From the NCBI GenBank assembly GCA_965240325.2, contig OZ251222.1, positions 1,302,001 through 1,366,000 on the forward strand: a stretch of DNA of 64,000 bases. The letters are read 5' to 3'. The notes beneath the pieces were generated by a model, which saw nothing but the letters and a program-made list of their open reading frames with translations, did not search any database and had not been told where the DNA came from. How positions within the stretch are numbered: position 1 is the stretch's first letter; each line of letters starts with the position of its first letter. The position numbers and the translations under genes were made by a program. Shown here piece by piece: positions 32,561 to 44,200 of this stretch. This DNA comes from Rebecca billardiae RCC1528. Taxonomy: Eukaryota; Protista; Haptophyta.

Positions 32561-33199
32561 ATGCTCTTGGTCATTGCCACCGCCGCGCTTGCCTACGTGC
32601 ACACGCCGGCCCTGGGGGTGTCGCGGGTGGTTGCCCGCGGCGCGGATGTGGATCGTGCTTGCGTCTCGATGGGCCGGCGTGGCCAGCCGCCGGCCTTCAT
32701 GGACCCGAAGCGGCAAGGCGGTGCGGCGGCGGGCGGCGCGCCACCATTGCCCGACGACGGGCTGCCGGTTTTCTACCTCTTCGTGCGCTCGCCCGACATT
32801 GGGCTGTGGTACCCAGTCTCCGCATTTAAGGGCGACAAGCCGACCCGCGCACTCGTCGACTCGTACATCAACAACGGCCTCGGCTCGGAGATGGCGAAGT
32901 CGCAGCTCATCGGCGGCATTGCCAAGTCGCTCTTCAACCCAACCACAATGAAGGGCATGACGGAGGCGGCGCTGAAGCAGTACAAGCCGCTGAAGAGTGC
33001 GAAGGATCGCCTTGAGTGGGGCTTCAAGATCGGGGACAAGGCCCTTGACGAGAAGGTCAAGGCCGGCGAGATGGAGGAGCCCAAGATCATGGTGATCACG
33101 GAGGACATGGCAGACGACAACGTGTCGAAGGTCCAGAATGCCGTCTCCGGCACGATCGACAGCGTGCGCAAGATGTTCGGTGGAGGTGACGACAAGTAA
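32561..33199 (+). CDS. HHL1-like plastid-targeted protein
   Basis: Signal peptide MLLVIATAALA followed by a transit-like segment. DDGLPVFYLFVRS..LWYP..ALKQY..L..A..LEWGFKI resembles plant HHL1 as recalled. Confidence 0.72.
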   Translation: MLLVIATAALAYVHTPALGVSRVVARGADVDRACVSMGRRGQPPAFMDPKRQGGAAAGGAPPLPDDGLPVFYLFVRSPDIGLWYPVSAFKGDKPTRALVDSYINNGLGSEMAKSQLIGGIAKSLFNPTTMKGMTEAALKQYKPLKSAKDRLEWGFKIGDKALDEKVKAGEMEEPKIMVITEDMADDNVSKVQNAVSGTIDSVRKMFGGGDDK

Positions 33200-34634
33200 G
33201 CTGCCCACTAGCGCGCCGAGAATGACGACCCGCCGTCGCATTATTGGCATGGAAAGGCCCACGCTGGTCTGTGAGGCGTTAGGGCCCCCGCGGGACTGAC
33301 GGTTGGGCTCGGGTCTCGCGGCGCCGGAGCACTCTGCACTCGGTACTGTGAGTGGCCCGACTTAGTACATGGAGCTACACACAGTGACAATCGAGTAACA
33401 GTCCGAGAGTGCCGGAGCGCGGACCGCGCCCGGCCAGTCTGCGGCGGTCAGCTCGGTCCGGTCGGCGGCCCGCCCGCAGGTCCGAGGTCCGTGACGGAGT
33501 GAGGAGTCTCCGCGGGAGTGGCACCGTTGGCGTTAGTCAATTACCCGAATACGGGCGCTGAATATTCGCGGCGGCTATATCGCCGGCCTTCATCAATCGG
33601 ACGACTCAGCGCCATCATTCGTCGTGACTACATTCGAATAGTGACCGGACCGTACTCGGTCCTGGCCGCAGGCCGGCCACTGATCGTCGAGGCTTCTGCA
33701 AGCACGGATAGTCCCCCCCCCCGGCCCCCGCCCCGCCCGCTTCCCCCGGATTTCGCTCACGCTCCGAGCCTTTTTATTCGGGCCGCCGGGGCTGCAGGGC
33801 GCACGGTAACTAGTGCGCCATTATATATGAAGTTACATAAATATATATATAGGGGGAGCTATACATCGCCCGCGCGCGCATGGCGGCACGTGGCAGCGCC
33901 CGCCGGCCGCCCGTCGCCGCCCGCGGGGCGGCTTTGCGGCTTTGCGCGTCACGTGAGCGGTGAGACCGGACTCAGAGTACTTCGAGCCGACGCAGCTGAG
34001 TCGGGGGGGCCCTGGCGGGCGACCGCGGGGGGGACTCCGAGTCCGAGACTCGGTGAGGCGGAGCGCTGATCCGGGCCAGGGGGCTGGGGAGGCGGGGACC
34101 GCCGGGGTGTTCATCACTATCAGCCGCATGGCACTGGCTAATTCGCTCAAGAGTATCACACTATCAGCCTCAGGGCCCTCAGGCCCGCAATTATCATGAG
34201 TATATCATCAGCAGTCGATTACTAGTCGGAGTTGACGACCGTACTGTAAGTAACCGTGTCTGCCAGAACTGTTTGGCCGGAACCGCGTCACTCTACCGCC
34301 AGTACCGGTCCGTCTAGTCCGCCGCGAGCGTCCGTTAACTCTCGGCAGTACCCATGTGGATTGTATAAGCCTAGTCGTCAGACGATCGACACTACGTCAC
34401 TAGTAAGTAGTAGACAGACACTATAAGCACTCACGCGGGTTATCCGAGCCCTGTCCGCTGGCTCGGATGGCTCCCATGTGGATTGCCCAGGGCTGATGCG
34501 AACGCCAAATGCGGCAGCTCAGGATGCCTCGACCGATGGGACTTCGGGGCACCAGCCGCGCAGCCGGCTCGTGGTTGACACCGTGTCAGAGCGTGTACCG
34601 GGTCACTGCGCGCCGACTGCCGTCGAGTCCTAGT

Positions 34635-35111
34635 CTATTGCGCATCCGCCATTCGCCTGATGATTTCTTCCATGTCGGCCTCAACGAACCGCGAGTACCG
34701 CTGCACTTCTCGTCCATCTATGTACAGTACAAGCGTGGGGAAGCTGATGATCCTGTGCGATGAGACAAGGTCGACGTTGGTATTGCCGTCGACTTGCACG
34801 AAGAGAGCGTGCGGCATCTTTGGCGCGATGCGATGTAGGAACTCGTCGACCCCCCGGCAGGGCATGCACCAGGACGCGCTGAAGTCGAGGACAACGAGAG
34901 TGGTCGGTGGCACTCCCTTCAGCAGCGCATCTAGGTTCGCCTTGCCGGTGACACTCACGATCTTTCCGCCCTGGCGGAGCTTCGCAGGCGATGACTGGCG
35001 CGGAGGCAAGCTGTCGGCAGGCGTGGTAGGTCGCACACCTGGCGAGCCGATGGCGGTGCGCGCCGTCGTCTCCGAACGATCATGCTGCGGCTGAGACGAC
35101 GCCTGGCCCAT
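34635..35111 (-). CDS. Thioredoxin-family protein (WCMPC) with putative N-myristoylation motif
   Basis: VVLDFSASWCMPC, FVQVD and ISFPTLVLYIDG; N-terminus MGQASS. Confidence 0.85.
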   Translation of the reverse strand: MGQASSQPQHDRSETTARTAIGSPGVRPTTPADSLPPRQSSPAKLRQGGKIVSVTGKANLDALLKGVPPTTLVVLDFSASWCMPCRGVDEFLHRIAPKMPHALFVQVDGNTNVDLVSSHRIISFPTLVLYIDGREVQRYSRFVEADMEEIIRRMADAQ

Positions 35112-35311
35112 GCCCGAAGGGCACAGGCCCACGCACACGAGGCCCTGAGACGCGACGACCGCCGTGTGCCCGCTCGCCGCTTCGCGAGTTTCGTGCGTCT
35201 CTGATGCGATCTGGATCCGTACTTACGCCGACAACCCTAAATATGACTGTATGGCCGCCGGCGGCCAATCGGAATCGCGGGCGGATGAGCCATCATCAAA
35301 TAAACGTGGGG

Positions 35312-36300
35312 ATAAGCCCATTTCACGTAACCAACCTCCAATAGCTGGCGGGAGTCTGAACTACAAACAATTCTGTCCGAGCCGAGAGGAGTTTGGGGGG
35401 AGGGCCGGGGCGGTGAGCCGCGTTGCCAGCCGCTCGGTGGCGCCGCCGCCGAGGTCGTCTCCGCGTCACACATCGACGTGCGTCGGTGTGATGTGTCTCA
35501 TCGGGCGTGTGTGAGTACTTGCAGGGGCCCTGCATTCCTTGAAGGCTCGGTATCGCACCCCTCCGAGTGTGCACGCTCGTCAACGCCGTGCCGTGCGACT
35601 GCTGCGCGTGTGGGCTTACACGCCGGCAATGTAGGCGAGACGAGCGGGGCTGAGCGCCAAGAGATGGGCGCTTCCACGCGGGAGTAGTCTGGTGCGAGGC
35701 CCCCGATCCCTCGCGCATCGGCTCGAAGCGCGCCTGAAGCACTGGGCACTCTCCTGCACAGTCTTGTCTCCCCCATCCCAAGCTGAGCTAAAACACCTCA
35801 GAACGACGTGTTTCTGCGATTTGGACGATGGTGTGGCCATCGCGTTGGCAGCGGACAGACTCGCTACTTCAGCTCCAGGCGCGCTTCGAGCCGATGCGCG
35901 AGGGATCGGGGGCCTCGCACCAGACTACTCCCGCGTGGAGGCGCCCATCTCTTGGCGCTCAGCCCCGCTCGTCTCGCCTACATTGCCGGCGTGTAAGCCC
36001 ACACGCGCAGCAGTCGCACGGCACGGCGTTGACGAGCGTGCACACTCGGAGGGGTGCGATGCCGAGCCTTCAAGGAATGCAGGGCCCCTGCAAGTACTCA
36101 CACACGCCCGATGAGACACATCACGCCGACGCACGTCGATGTGTGACGCGGAGACGACCTCGGCGGCGGCGCCACCGAGCGGCTGGCAACGCGGCTCACC
36201 GCCCCGGCCCTCCCCCCAAACTCCTCTCGGCTCGGACAGAATTGTTTGTAGTTCAGACTCCCGCCAGCTATTGGAGGTTGGTTACGTGAAATGGGCTTAT
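35312..36300. mobile_element. ~1-kb foldback/MITE with ~425-bp near-perfect TIRs
   Basis: 35312-35736 versus 35876-36300, three mismatches seen. The ends are compatible with a palindromic TA or AT TSD. Confidence 0.9.
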
Positions 36301-36444
36301 GAGGCACCTTTCGAGACCGATCTGCCCGGGAGAAATCGGTTCGACGGCGCACCGCGGCACGCACGCCAAGGGTGGTCCGCACGCGCACTTCTGCCGCTGC
36401 GCACTCCCGGCTTCAAGCAACCGCTGTCGCTGCCCACGGTGGCC

Positions 36445-38586
36445 ATGATTCATCTCTTCGGCATGGGCGGCGCTCCGTGCTCGACCCCGGTGGACGACGA
36501 GAACGGGGCGGGTCGTGGCGGGTCTGGACGGAAGCCGCCGCCCCCCGAGGCCATCCCGCCGAAGCTCATGATCGGGATGGTGCGCGGCGCCATCATTGGG
36601 AACGATTCCACGCTCCAGACGCCCTTCGGAACCAAGCTGATGACGTACGCTGACTACACGGCGTCTGGCCGCCAATTGCAGATGATCGAGGATTTCATGA
36701 CGTACGACGTCGCGCCCACGTACGCGAACACGCACACCGAGCTCTCGGCCACGGGGCGTCAGACAAACCACCTGCGGGAGGAGGCGCGCGCCGTGGTCGA
36801 AACTTTCACGCACGCGGACCCGGCCGTGTACGCGACGCTGTTCGTGGGCACCGGCATGACGGGCTGCGTGCACAAGCTGATCGACTGCCTCGGCATCAAG
36901 CTGCCCGCGCAGCTCGAGGCCAACTTCAACCTGCTGCGGCACATCCCCAAGGACGCGCGGCCTGTCGTGTTTCACGGTCCGTTCGAGCACCACTCGAATA
37001 TCCTGAGCTGGCGGGAGACGATCGCCGACGTGGTCGAGATCCCGGAGGTGGTGGAGACGGGGCGCGTGGACGTGGCGTTCCTGAAGCGAGAGCTCGCCAA
37101 GTACAAGGCACGCCCGCTCAAGATCGTCACCGTCTCGGCCGGCTCCAACGTCTCGGGCATCGTCTCGCCGATCGGCGAGATTGCGCGCGTAGCCAGGGCC
37201 GGCGGCGCGCTCTGCTTCGCCGACTACGCCGGCGCCGGCCCATACGTCAGCGTGGACGTGCACCCCGAGCCGGGCGTGAGCCTCGACGCCATCTTCCTCT
37301 CGCCGCACAAGCTCGTCGGCGGGCCCGGCTCGGCGGGCGTGCTGATCGTCAAGCGCTCGGTGCTGACCAACTCGGTGCCGTCGCAGCCGGGCGGCGGGAC
37401 GGTCGCGTACGTGAGCTCGACGTCGCACGACTACGCGGACGCGATCGAGGCGCGCGAGGACGGCGGCACGCCGGCGGTGCTGCAGGCGATCCGTTGCGGC
37501 GTCGCCTTCCAGGTGCGCAAGCTCGTCACCGTCGAGCTCACCAGCGAGATCAACCTCAAGTACTGCATGAAGGCGATAGAGCGGTGGTCGAAGCACCCCA
37601 ACATCTTCCTGATGGGCTCCGACCGCTCCGAGTACCGGTCCAAGAGGCGGCTGCCGATCATCTCGTTCAACTTCCTGATGCCGGAGGAAGGCGCGGCGCC
37701 GCCGTCGGGCGCGCCCCCCTCGTGGCGCGCCAGGCGCAAGATGCTCCACCCGCACTTCGTCTGCGCGCTGCTCAACGACCTGTACGGCGTCCAGTCGCGC
37801 TCGGGCTGCTCGTGCGCCGGTCCGTACGGCGTGCGGCTCTGGGGCATCGGCGACGCGGAGCAGGAGCGGCTGCGCTCGATCGTGCTCAAGCACGGGCTGG
37901 ACGCGGCCAAGCCCGGCTGGTGCCGGGTCAACCTGTGCTGGACGCACAGCCCGGAGGAGGTCGACTTCATCATCGAGGCGGTCGAGCAGGCGGCGACGCA
38001 CGGCTGGAAGCTGCTGCCGCAGTACGCGACCGACTGGCGCTCTGGCGCGTACCAGCACCGCACGTGGAACCCGAACGACGAGCTCAAGTGGATCTGCGTC
38101 GTGTGCGCGGGGCTGAAGCACGGGCAGCCGCCAGGACCCGGCGGCGACGCGCAGCGGCCCGAGCGCTCCAAGCACCTCGCCGACGCGGCCGAGCTCTACG
38201 AGCGCGGGCGCGAGCTCGCCGAGCCGCTGCGCGCCGAGATTGCCGCGCCCGGCGGCGACTTCATCGAGGCCGACGCGGGCGCGCTCGCGCCTGGGGTGGA
38301 CGAGCAGGCGGCCGAGTGGATGTACAGCCACTACGCCTTCCCGAGCGACGCGGTCGGGCGCCTCTTCGGCGGCAAGCCGCTCCCGCTCGGGGCCAAGGGC
38401 GCGCTCTTTGGCAACGCGCCCGAGTCGCAGTCGCGGCTGCTCCGTACCGACACCAAGACGCGCATGGTGGCCGAGTCGGCCAGTCATGCGTCCACCATCA
38501 TGAGCCGCACGGACAAGTCGGTCTTCACGACGATCGCCAAGCGCGCGGCCGACGCGCGGGTCGCCACGCTCGTGCGCTCGAGCTGA
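36445..38586 (+). CDS. PLP-dependent class V aminotransferase / cysteine desulfurase-like enzyme
   Basis: YADYTASGR, YANTHT, EHHSNILSWRE, AGSNVSG, FLSPHKLVGGPG (PLP lysine), GGTP and RSGCSCAGPYG. Confidence 0.9.
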   Translation: MIHLFGMGGAPCSTPVDDENGAGRGGSGRKPPPPEAIPPKLMIGMVRGAIIGNDSTLQTPFGTKLMTYADYTASGRQLQMIEDFMTYDVAPTYANTHTELSATGRQTNHLREEARAVVETFTHADPAVYATLFVGTGMTGCVHKLIDCLGIKLPAQLEANFNLLRHIPKDARPVVFHGPFEHHSNILSWRETIADVVEIPEVVETGRVDVAFLKRELAKYKARPLKIVTVSAGSNVSGIVSPIGEIARVARAGGALCFADYAGAGPYVSVDVHPEPGVSLDAIFLSPHKLVGGPGSAGVLIVKRSVLTNSVPSQPGGGTVAYVSSTSHDYADAIEAREDGGTPAVLQAIRCGVAFQVRKLVTVELTSEINLKYCMKAIERWSKHPNIFLMGSDRSEYRSKRRLPIISFNFLMPEEGAAPPSGAPPSWRARRKMLHPHFVCALLNDLYGVQSRSGCSCAGPYGVRLWGIGDAEQERLRSIVLKHGLDAAKPGWCRVNLCWTHSPEEVDFIIEAVEQAATHGWKLLPQYATDWRSGAYQHRTWNPNDELKWICVVCAGLKHGQPPGPGGDAQRPERSKHLADAAELYERGRELAEPLRAEIAAPGGDFIEADAGALAPGVDEQAAEWMYSHYAFPSDAVGRLFGGKPLPLGAKGALFGNAPESQSRLLRTDTKTRMVAESASHASTIMSRTDKSVFTTIAKRAADARVATLVRSS

Positions 38587-39118
38587 GGCAGGTGCCCAAG
38601 CAGTGCCAGCGTGCGCAGTCAGGGACGCTGCCGACGCCGCCACGCGGCTGAGTGAGCCGCTGAGTCGACCGTCTTGTACAGTATCAGTAGTCAGTGACAA
38701 TGGCCTCGCCGGCGCGGCCGCCTGGCGGGGCCGGCGGGGCGGGCGGGCCGGGCCCGGACGACTCGCCGGCCCAGTCTCACTCGTCCTAAGTCACTTCGGA
38801 GTTCGGGCCGACCCGAGACCGAGTGGCCAGTGCGCCGCCAGTGAGGATCCAGCACTAGTGAACGGGAATGAATCCAGTCCCGGATCCACGACCACTCGCT
38901 CCGACTACTTACTATATGAGGCACTGAGCATGCTGATGCGGCACTAGGTGTCTCGCCGTCAGTGGTCTGAGGTTGGGTGGGGGTGGTGGTTGGTCGGGGG
39001 GCTGGCCAGGGTAGGGCTCGAGACAGGGCCGTTGCCCGTTCGCCTTCGGCCACCAGTCTGATCACCCGGACGGCCCGATTAGAAAGGGGAATTTATTATA
39101 TATATATAGTCTGACCGG

Positions 39119-40598
39119 TGTTAGACTGAAGAAGAAGCGTGGGTGCTCCCTACCGCGCGTGTGGGCGATAGGTCCACCGGAAGCGACCAGGCGGGCTAAG
39201 GACCGGCCCCGAAGGGGCAGGCGGACGGGGTCACATCATCGGATGATGGGTCAGGCAGCCCCAAACTCCCAGGGAGCAGTTTGGGGCTCCGGACTGGCCG
39301 AGATAGTGCCGGATCGTGCCTCCGCCGGTACGTGCGGGTAGATGCGGAAACTTACCCGCGACTCCTGTGGAACGGTGTCTTCGAGGACTGGTGCCCAGTC
39401 TGACACTCCTCCTCACCGACCACAGCGAGGTGCGGTGCCTGAGTGCGCGTGCGCGTGTGCGTAAGTGTGAGTGGGGGCGTAAGGCGAGCGTGCGTGTGCG
39501 TGCCCGACTGTCTAGCTGCCAAGCTGTCCGGAAGCTGCGAATCGCAGCAGCGATCGAGGGACGTCTGGAGTTGCTCGCGAATCCGTCCGAGCAGTCGTAC
39601 TCCAGTGAATGGACGCCTGCCGAGCTGGCTGACCAGGCTCGGGCTCGGCTTGGGCGTCGACGGGGGCGTGGTGCCCCAGGCAGTTGATCGAGTGATCGTG
39701 TGGTCGTGCCAGCTGCTGTGGACTTACCGAGATCCACCTGCCTGCTCCTCCTCGATGGGTCGCGTCGACGGCGACGGTGCACCACCGCGTGTGGGCTGGT
39801 GCAATGGGACATGGACTGGTCTCACGCGTAGAACCTTGTGTCGGCTTCGGCCGCAGAATGACGCTGCCTCGCAACCGTGTGTCACGAAGAAGCTGCACAT
39901 AGCGAGCGCGGAGATGATCGAGCGGCGCGCGGTGTCGATCGACGTGATCGTATCCGCTGTCGCCTAGTGAACGCGTAGATCGCGCCTCATCTCCTCCTTG
40001 CAAGCTGCTCGGCCATCTTGGCGGTCGAGGGCTGCATTCATGAAGTCAATCGACTTGGTGTCGAGACTCCTCCTGCATCTGAGCAGGGCGTGCGACTCGG
40101 CGCACGATGACGACGCGAATGTCGTCGGAATGAGGTACGTCAACACATCCTCCTTGAAGGCTGCCGCGGTTGGGCTAGCCTGCCTTGGACCATCCGACTC
40201 GGATGTGAATCGTCTCGCGAGCTCGCAACGCGCGATGCGCGCGAGCGCGTTCCTTGCGCCAGCGAGGTCGGATCCGGTAACGAGCGCGTCTCGTTGCTGA
40301 CTCCGATACCATGTTAGACTGAAGAAGAAGCGTGGGTGCTCCCTACCGCGCGTGTGGGCGATAGGTCCACCGGAAGCGACCAGGCGGGCTAAGGACCGGC
40401 CCCGAAGGGGCAGGCGGACGGGGTCACATCATCGGATGATGGGTCAGGCAGCCCCAAACTCCCAGGGAGCAGTTTGGGGCTCCGGACTGGCCGAGATAGT
40501 GCCGGATCGTGCCCCCGCCGGTACGTGCGGGTAGATGCGGAAACTTACCCGCGACTCCTGTGGAACGGTGTCTTCGAGGACTGGTGCCCAGTCTGACA
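39119..40598 (-). mobile_element. Miniature non-autonomous LTR retrotransposon (TRIM-like), 1480 bp
   Basis: 287-bp LTRs at 39119-39405 and 40312-40598 with TG..CA ends and one mismatch seen. TSD ACCGG. On the minus strand: PBS TGGTATCGGAG (40311-40301) and PPT GGTGAGGAGGAG (39417-39406). Confidence 0.95.
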
Positions 40599-41206
40599 AC
40601 CGGTACCCGCGCCGGTACCGTCCGGTACGACCACGGTCCGTACTTACTAATAAGCTAATTATAACTTACGCCTACGGTTACATCAACTATCAAGTAGACA
40701 TCAACCCGCGGCCGCGGGTGCTCGCGGAGACGCGGATATATCCGACATTTATCCGTCGTCGACGTCGTCGTCCGCCTCGTCCGGCATGGACCATCGTCCT
40801 GCTCGTCACCCTAAGACTGACTTTAAGTACGAGTACGAGGTGTGCCGCGGCCGCCGCCGCCTCGCCGGACTCACCAACAGCCACGTGAGCGGCATCAGAA
40901 CGACTCAACGAGCTGGCCGTATTACAGCGCAGCTCCAGACCGCACGACCCGAGCTCTCAGCTCAGCGACAGCGGGCATCCCGATGCCACTCGGGCCAGCG
41001 GCCGCAGAGGCCGACGCGGCACTCGGGCCAGCGACGACAGGCGGCGCGGGCCGACCGAGCACAAGGCGGCGGTGCAGGCGACGTCAGGGCACAAATGCGC
41101 ATGAGAGGCAGGCAGGTTGCTGCGTGCGCGGGCCCGGCCGGCGTGGCAGCGGTGCGCGAGCCGCAGCCGCGCCGAGGTCGGGCGAGGCGCGCGCCGCGCC
41201 GACCGC

Positions 41207-44200
41207 TCAGTACCCGCCGTACCCAGGCTGGCCGTAGCCCATGCCGCCCTGCATGCCGGCGCCATACTGCTGCTGCGGAGGCATGCCGCCCATCCCGGGC
41301 GCCGCCATCCCGCCGCCGCCGCCCATGTTGGCCCCGTACACGGTGAGCGCGTTGCCGTTGTACCCCATCGACGGGTCAGCGTAGCCCATCGCGGCCGCCT
41401 CCTCTGCCTGCTTCCTCTCCTGCTCCGCCTTGGACTCCATCTTGACCGTGGTCTTTTCCAGCGAGTCCACCTGAGTGAGAGCGGAGATGGCGCGGGCGCG
41501 GGCGCGGCGGGGCGCGCGCGCGGCGCGCGAGTGAGCGCGGCGCCGCGAGGTGCGGCGCGGCGGCGGCATGCACGCACGGGCCCCGCTCTCCGGCGGCGCC
41601 GCACGCCGGCGCGCGCGCGCGCGCGCGCGCGCGCGCACCTTCATCGTCAGGTGGCGCATCGACTGCACCATGTAGGGCATCGCGTAGTCCATCAGCCCGT
41701 TGCGCCACGCCACCTCCATGACGACATCAGGCCGCAGCAGCTCGTAGCACATGTAGAGCGTCGACGCGAAGCACGCCTGTGCGCGCGCGGGGGAGCGGGC
41801 GGGGCGCGGGGCGTGAGCGCGACGCGCACGGCCGCGGGACGGCCGGCGCTCGCTCTCGCCCGCGCTCGCTCGCTCGCGCCGCGCGTCCGTCGCACGCGCC
41901 GGCCGCAGCCGCGCCGGGCCGAGCGGGCGCGCCGCGCGCGCCCTCCCCATGCGTGCGCCGCGCGCCGCGCGCCGCGCGCCACGCGCGCGGGGCTCACCTT
42001 GTTCTTCTGCTCGACAAAGAAGGCAAGGAGCTGCTCGGCGAGCTCCTGCTTGCCCGAGTCGGCCGTCGTCTGGATGGCCGTCGACCAGTCCTGCGGGCAG
42101 GGGCGGGCACGGCGCGCGCGCACACTCGCGTCAGCTGGCGGCGCGCAGGCAGGCAGGGTGCGCGCCGCACGAGCGCGCGCGCCTGGCGCTCTGCGCGCGA
42201 GCCGCGCGGCGCGCGGCGCACACCTGGTCGCCCTTGGACAGCTCGATCGACTGCGCGTACCGCTGGTTGATCATGTAGAGCTTGGCCGCGATCCTGCGCG
42301 CGCGCACCGGCGCCGCGCGCGCGAGGGCGCCTCGGCGTGAGCGGTGCGCGCGCCGCTGCGTCCGCCGGCAGCAGGCGCGCACGCGCACACGCACGCACGC
42401 GCACGCGCTCGCGCACGCGCGGCCACGGCCGCGCTCGGCCGCGCGCGCGGTGCGCGCCGGCGCACCTGCGGAACTGGAGGAGCTCGTGCATCTCGCACCG
42501 CTTGGCCATCTCGAGCTGGTCGAAGTTGTTGTACGTGTCGATCGACTTGGCGAGCGCGACGTGGTCCTCGTCCTCCACGTAGAGCTCGTAGAGCGCGTCG
42601 TTCACCTCCTTGATGTTGTCCGGCTGCACCTTGAGCAGGTATTCCTTGATCAGCCAGAGCTGGCCCGCCTTGCGCAGCTGGTGCGTGACGCGCACGTGGT
42701 CGAGGGAGGAGAGCACGACGGAGAGCATGTCGACGAGCTGCGTCGGCGCGTACTGCAGGTAGAAGTTGATCGCCTTGTAGAAGATCTCCGAGTTGGTCAC
42801 CTTGGCAATCGTCTCCTTGAACTTGACGTGCTCCCACGCGACCGACGGGTGCTCGATCATCGTCGTGCACGCGTTGTCGAACTCGTCGTAGTGCGTGTAC
42901 AGGAAGACGAGCTCCTCCCAGTGGTGCGACTGCTCGCAGCTCGTGAGCAGCTTGCGGATGTTCAGCTTGGACCAGAACAGCTTGATGTGCTCCATCAGCT
43001 TCTCCGGCCGGTACTTTGCGTAGAGGATACCGAGCTCGGTGAAGATGCCCATGTGCGCGCGCTCGAGGTTGAGGCCCGACTCCATGAGCGAGATGACCTC
43101 GTCGAAGTGGCCGAGCGCCTCGTACGTGTTGATCAGGCCCTCGAGCTCGTCCGGGTTGATGATGATGTTCAGCGCGCAGATCTGCGCGAGGCGGAACTCC
43201 TCGGCCTCGACGCACGCAGCGTTCACTTCCTTCCACGTGCGCGCCGAGTTGGCCTTGCGCGCCGCGTCGACGGACTGCTGGTACTCCTGCAGGTGGACGA
43301 GGCACGAGGCCAGGCGCGACCAGTTGGAGATCGAGGTGAAGAGCACCTTGCCCGCCGCGTACATCCCCTCGTTGTAGCACCGGTCGCCGATCCCCTGGAT
43401 CTGCGCGACGTTGGGCGACGAGATGAACTCCTCCATCGAGACCCAGTTGTCGCACTTGGCGTACGCGTACAGCAGCGTCGAGTCGATGTGCGACTCCTTC
43501 ACCTTCTTGCGCGCCATGGTGAGGAAGTCGCACAGCTCCGCCCACGCGCCCGCGCCGTCCGTCGCGTCGATCACCGCCGTGTAGTCGCCCGCGTCGTCCG
43601 CCTTGATGAACGACGCGATCGCCTCCTTCACCATCCCGTTGGAGAGCTGCGCCTTGCCGAGCATCGACCAGACCTCCGGGTCGTTGACCTTGTCGGCGAA
43701 CTCGAGGGCGCGCTCGATCGAGGCGATGTACTCGATCAGCACCTTCGCCGCCTCGCGGTGGTAGTCGTACTTCTTGAAGATCACCAGCGCCTCCTCGTAC
43801 AGCTCGGAGCCGACCGCGATGTTGGCGATGTCGGGCGCGTCGTAGTTGTTCAGCCGCGAGATGTAGTCCATCACGCGGTCGCGGTCCGCCTTGATCGCGG
43901 TGAGGAGCAGCAGGTTCTGCAGGTTCTTGTTGTTCTTGAACTCGTCCGTCGCGCCGTGCAGCACGATCTTGTCCAGCAGCTCGATCAGCTCGTTCGGCAG
44001 GTCCGCCGTGATGAACGCCTTCACGGTCGTCGAGACGACGTCCGCAGACTTTGTCTCGGGCAGCGCCGTCTGCACGACCTGGTCGACGAGCTCGCGCTTG
44101 TACTTGTTGTCGTTGGTGAGCACGGTCTCCCAGAGCTCGAGGTCCTGCCGCTCCACGAGGTACCGCGCCTGCTGCTTGAACAGGCCGTGCTTGTTCGTCA

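Noticed and set aside
33500-34200. TATA-rich and C-rich tracts as a defined promoter or small gene
   Set aside because: No convincing ORF or associated gene start; function cannot be supported from sequence alone.
36139-36444. N-terminal extension of the aminotransferase ORF
   Set aside because: It begins inside the right arm of the foldback element. The ATG at 36445 is the more plausible start.
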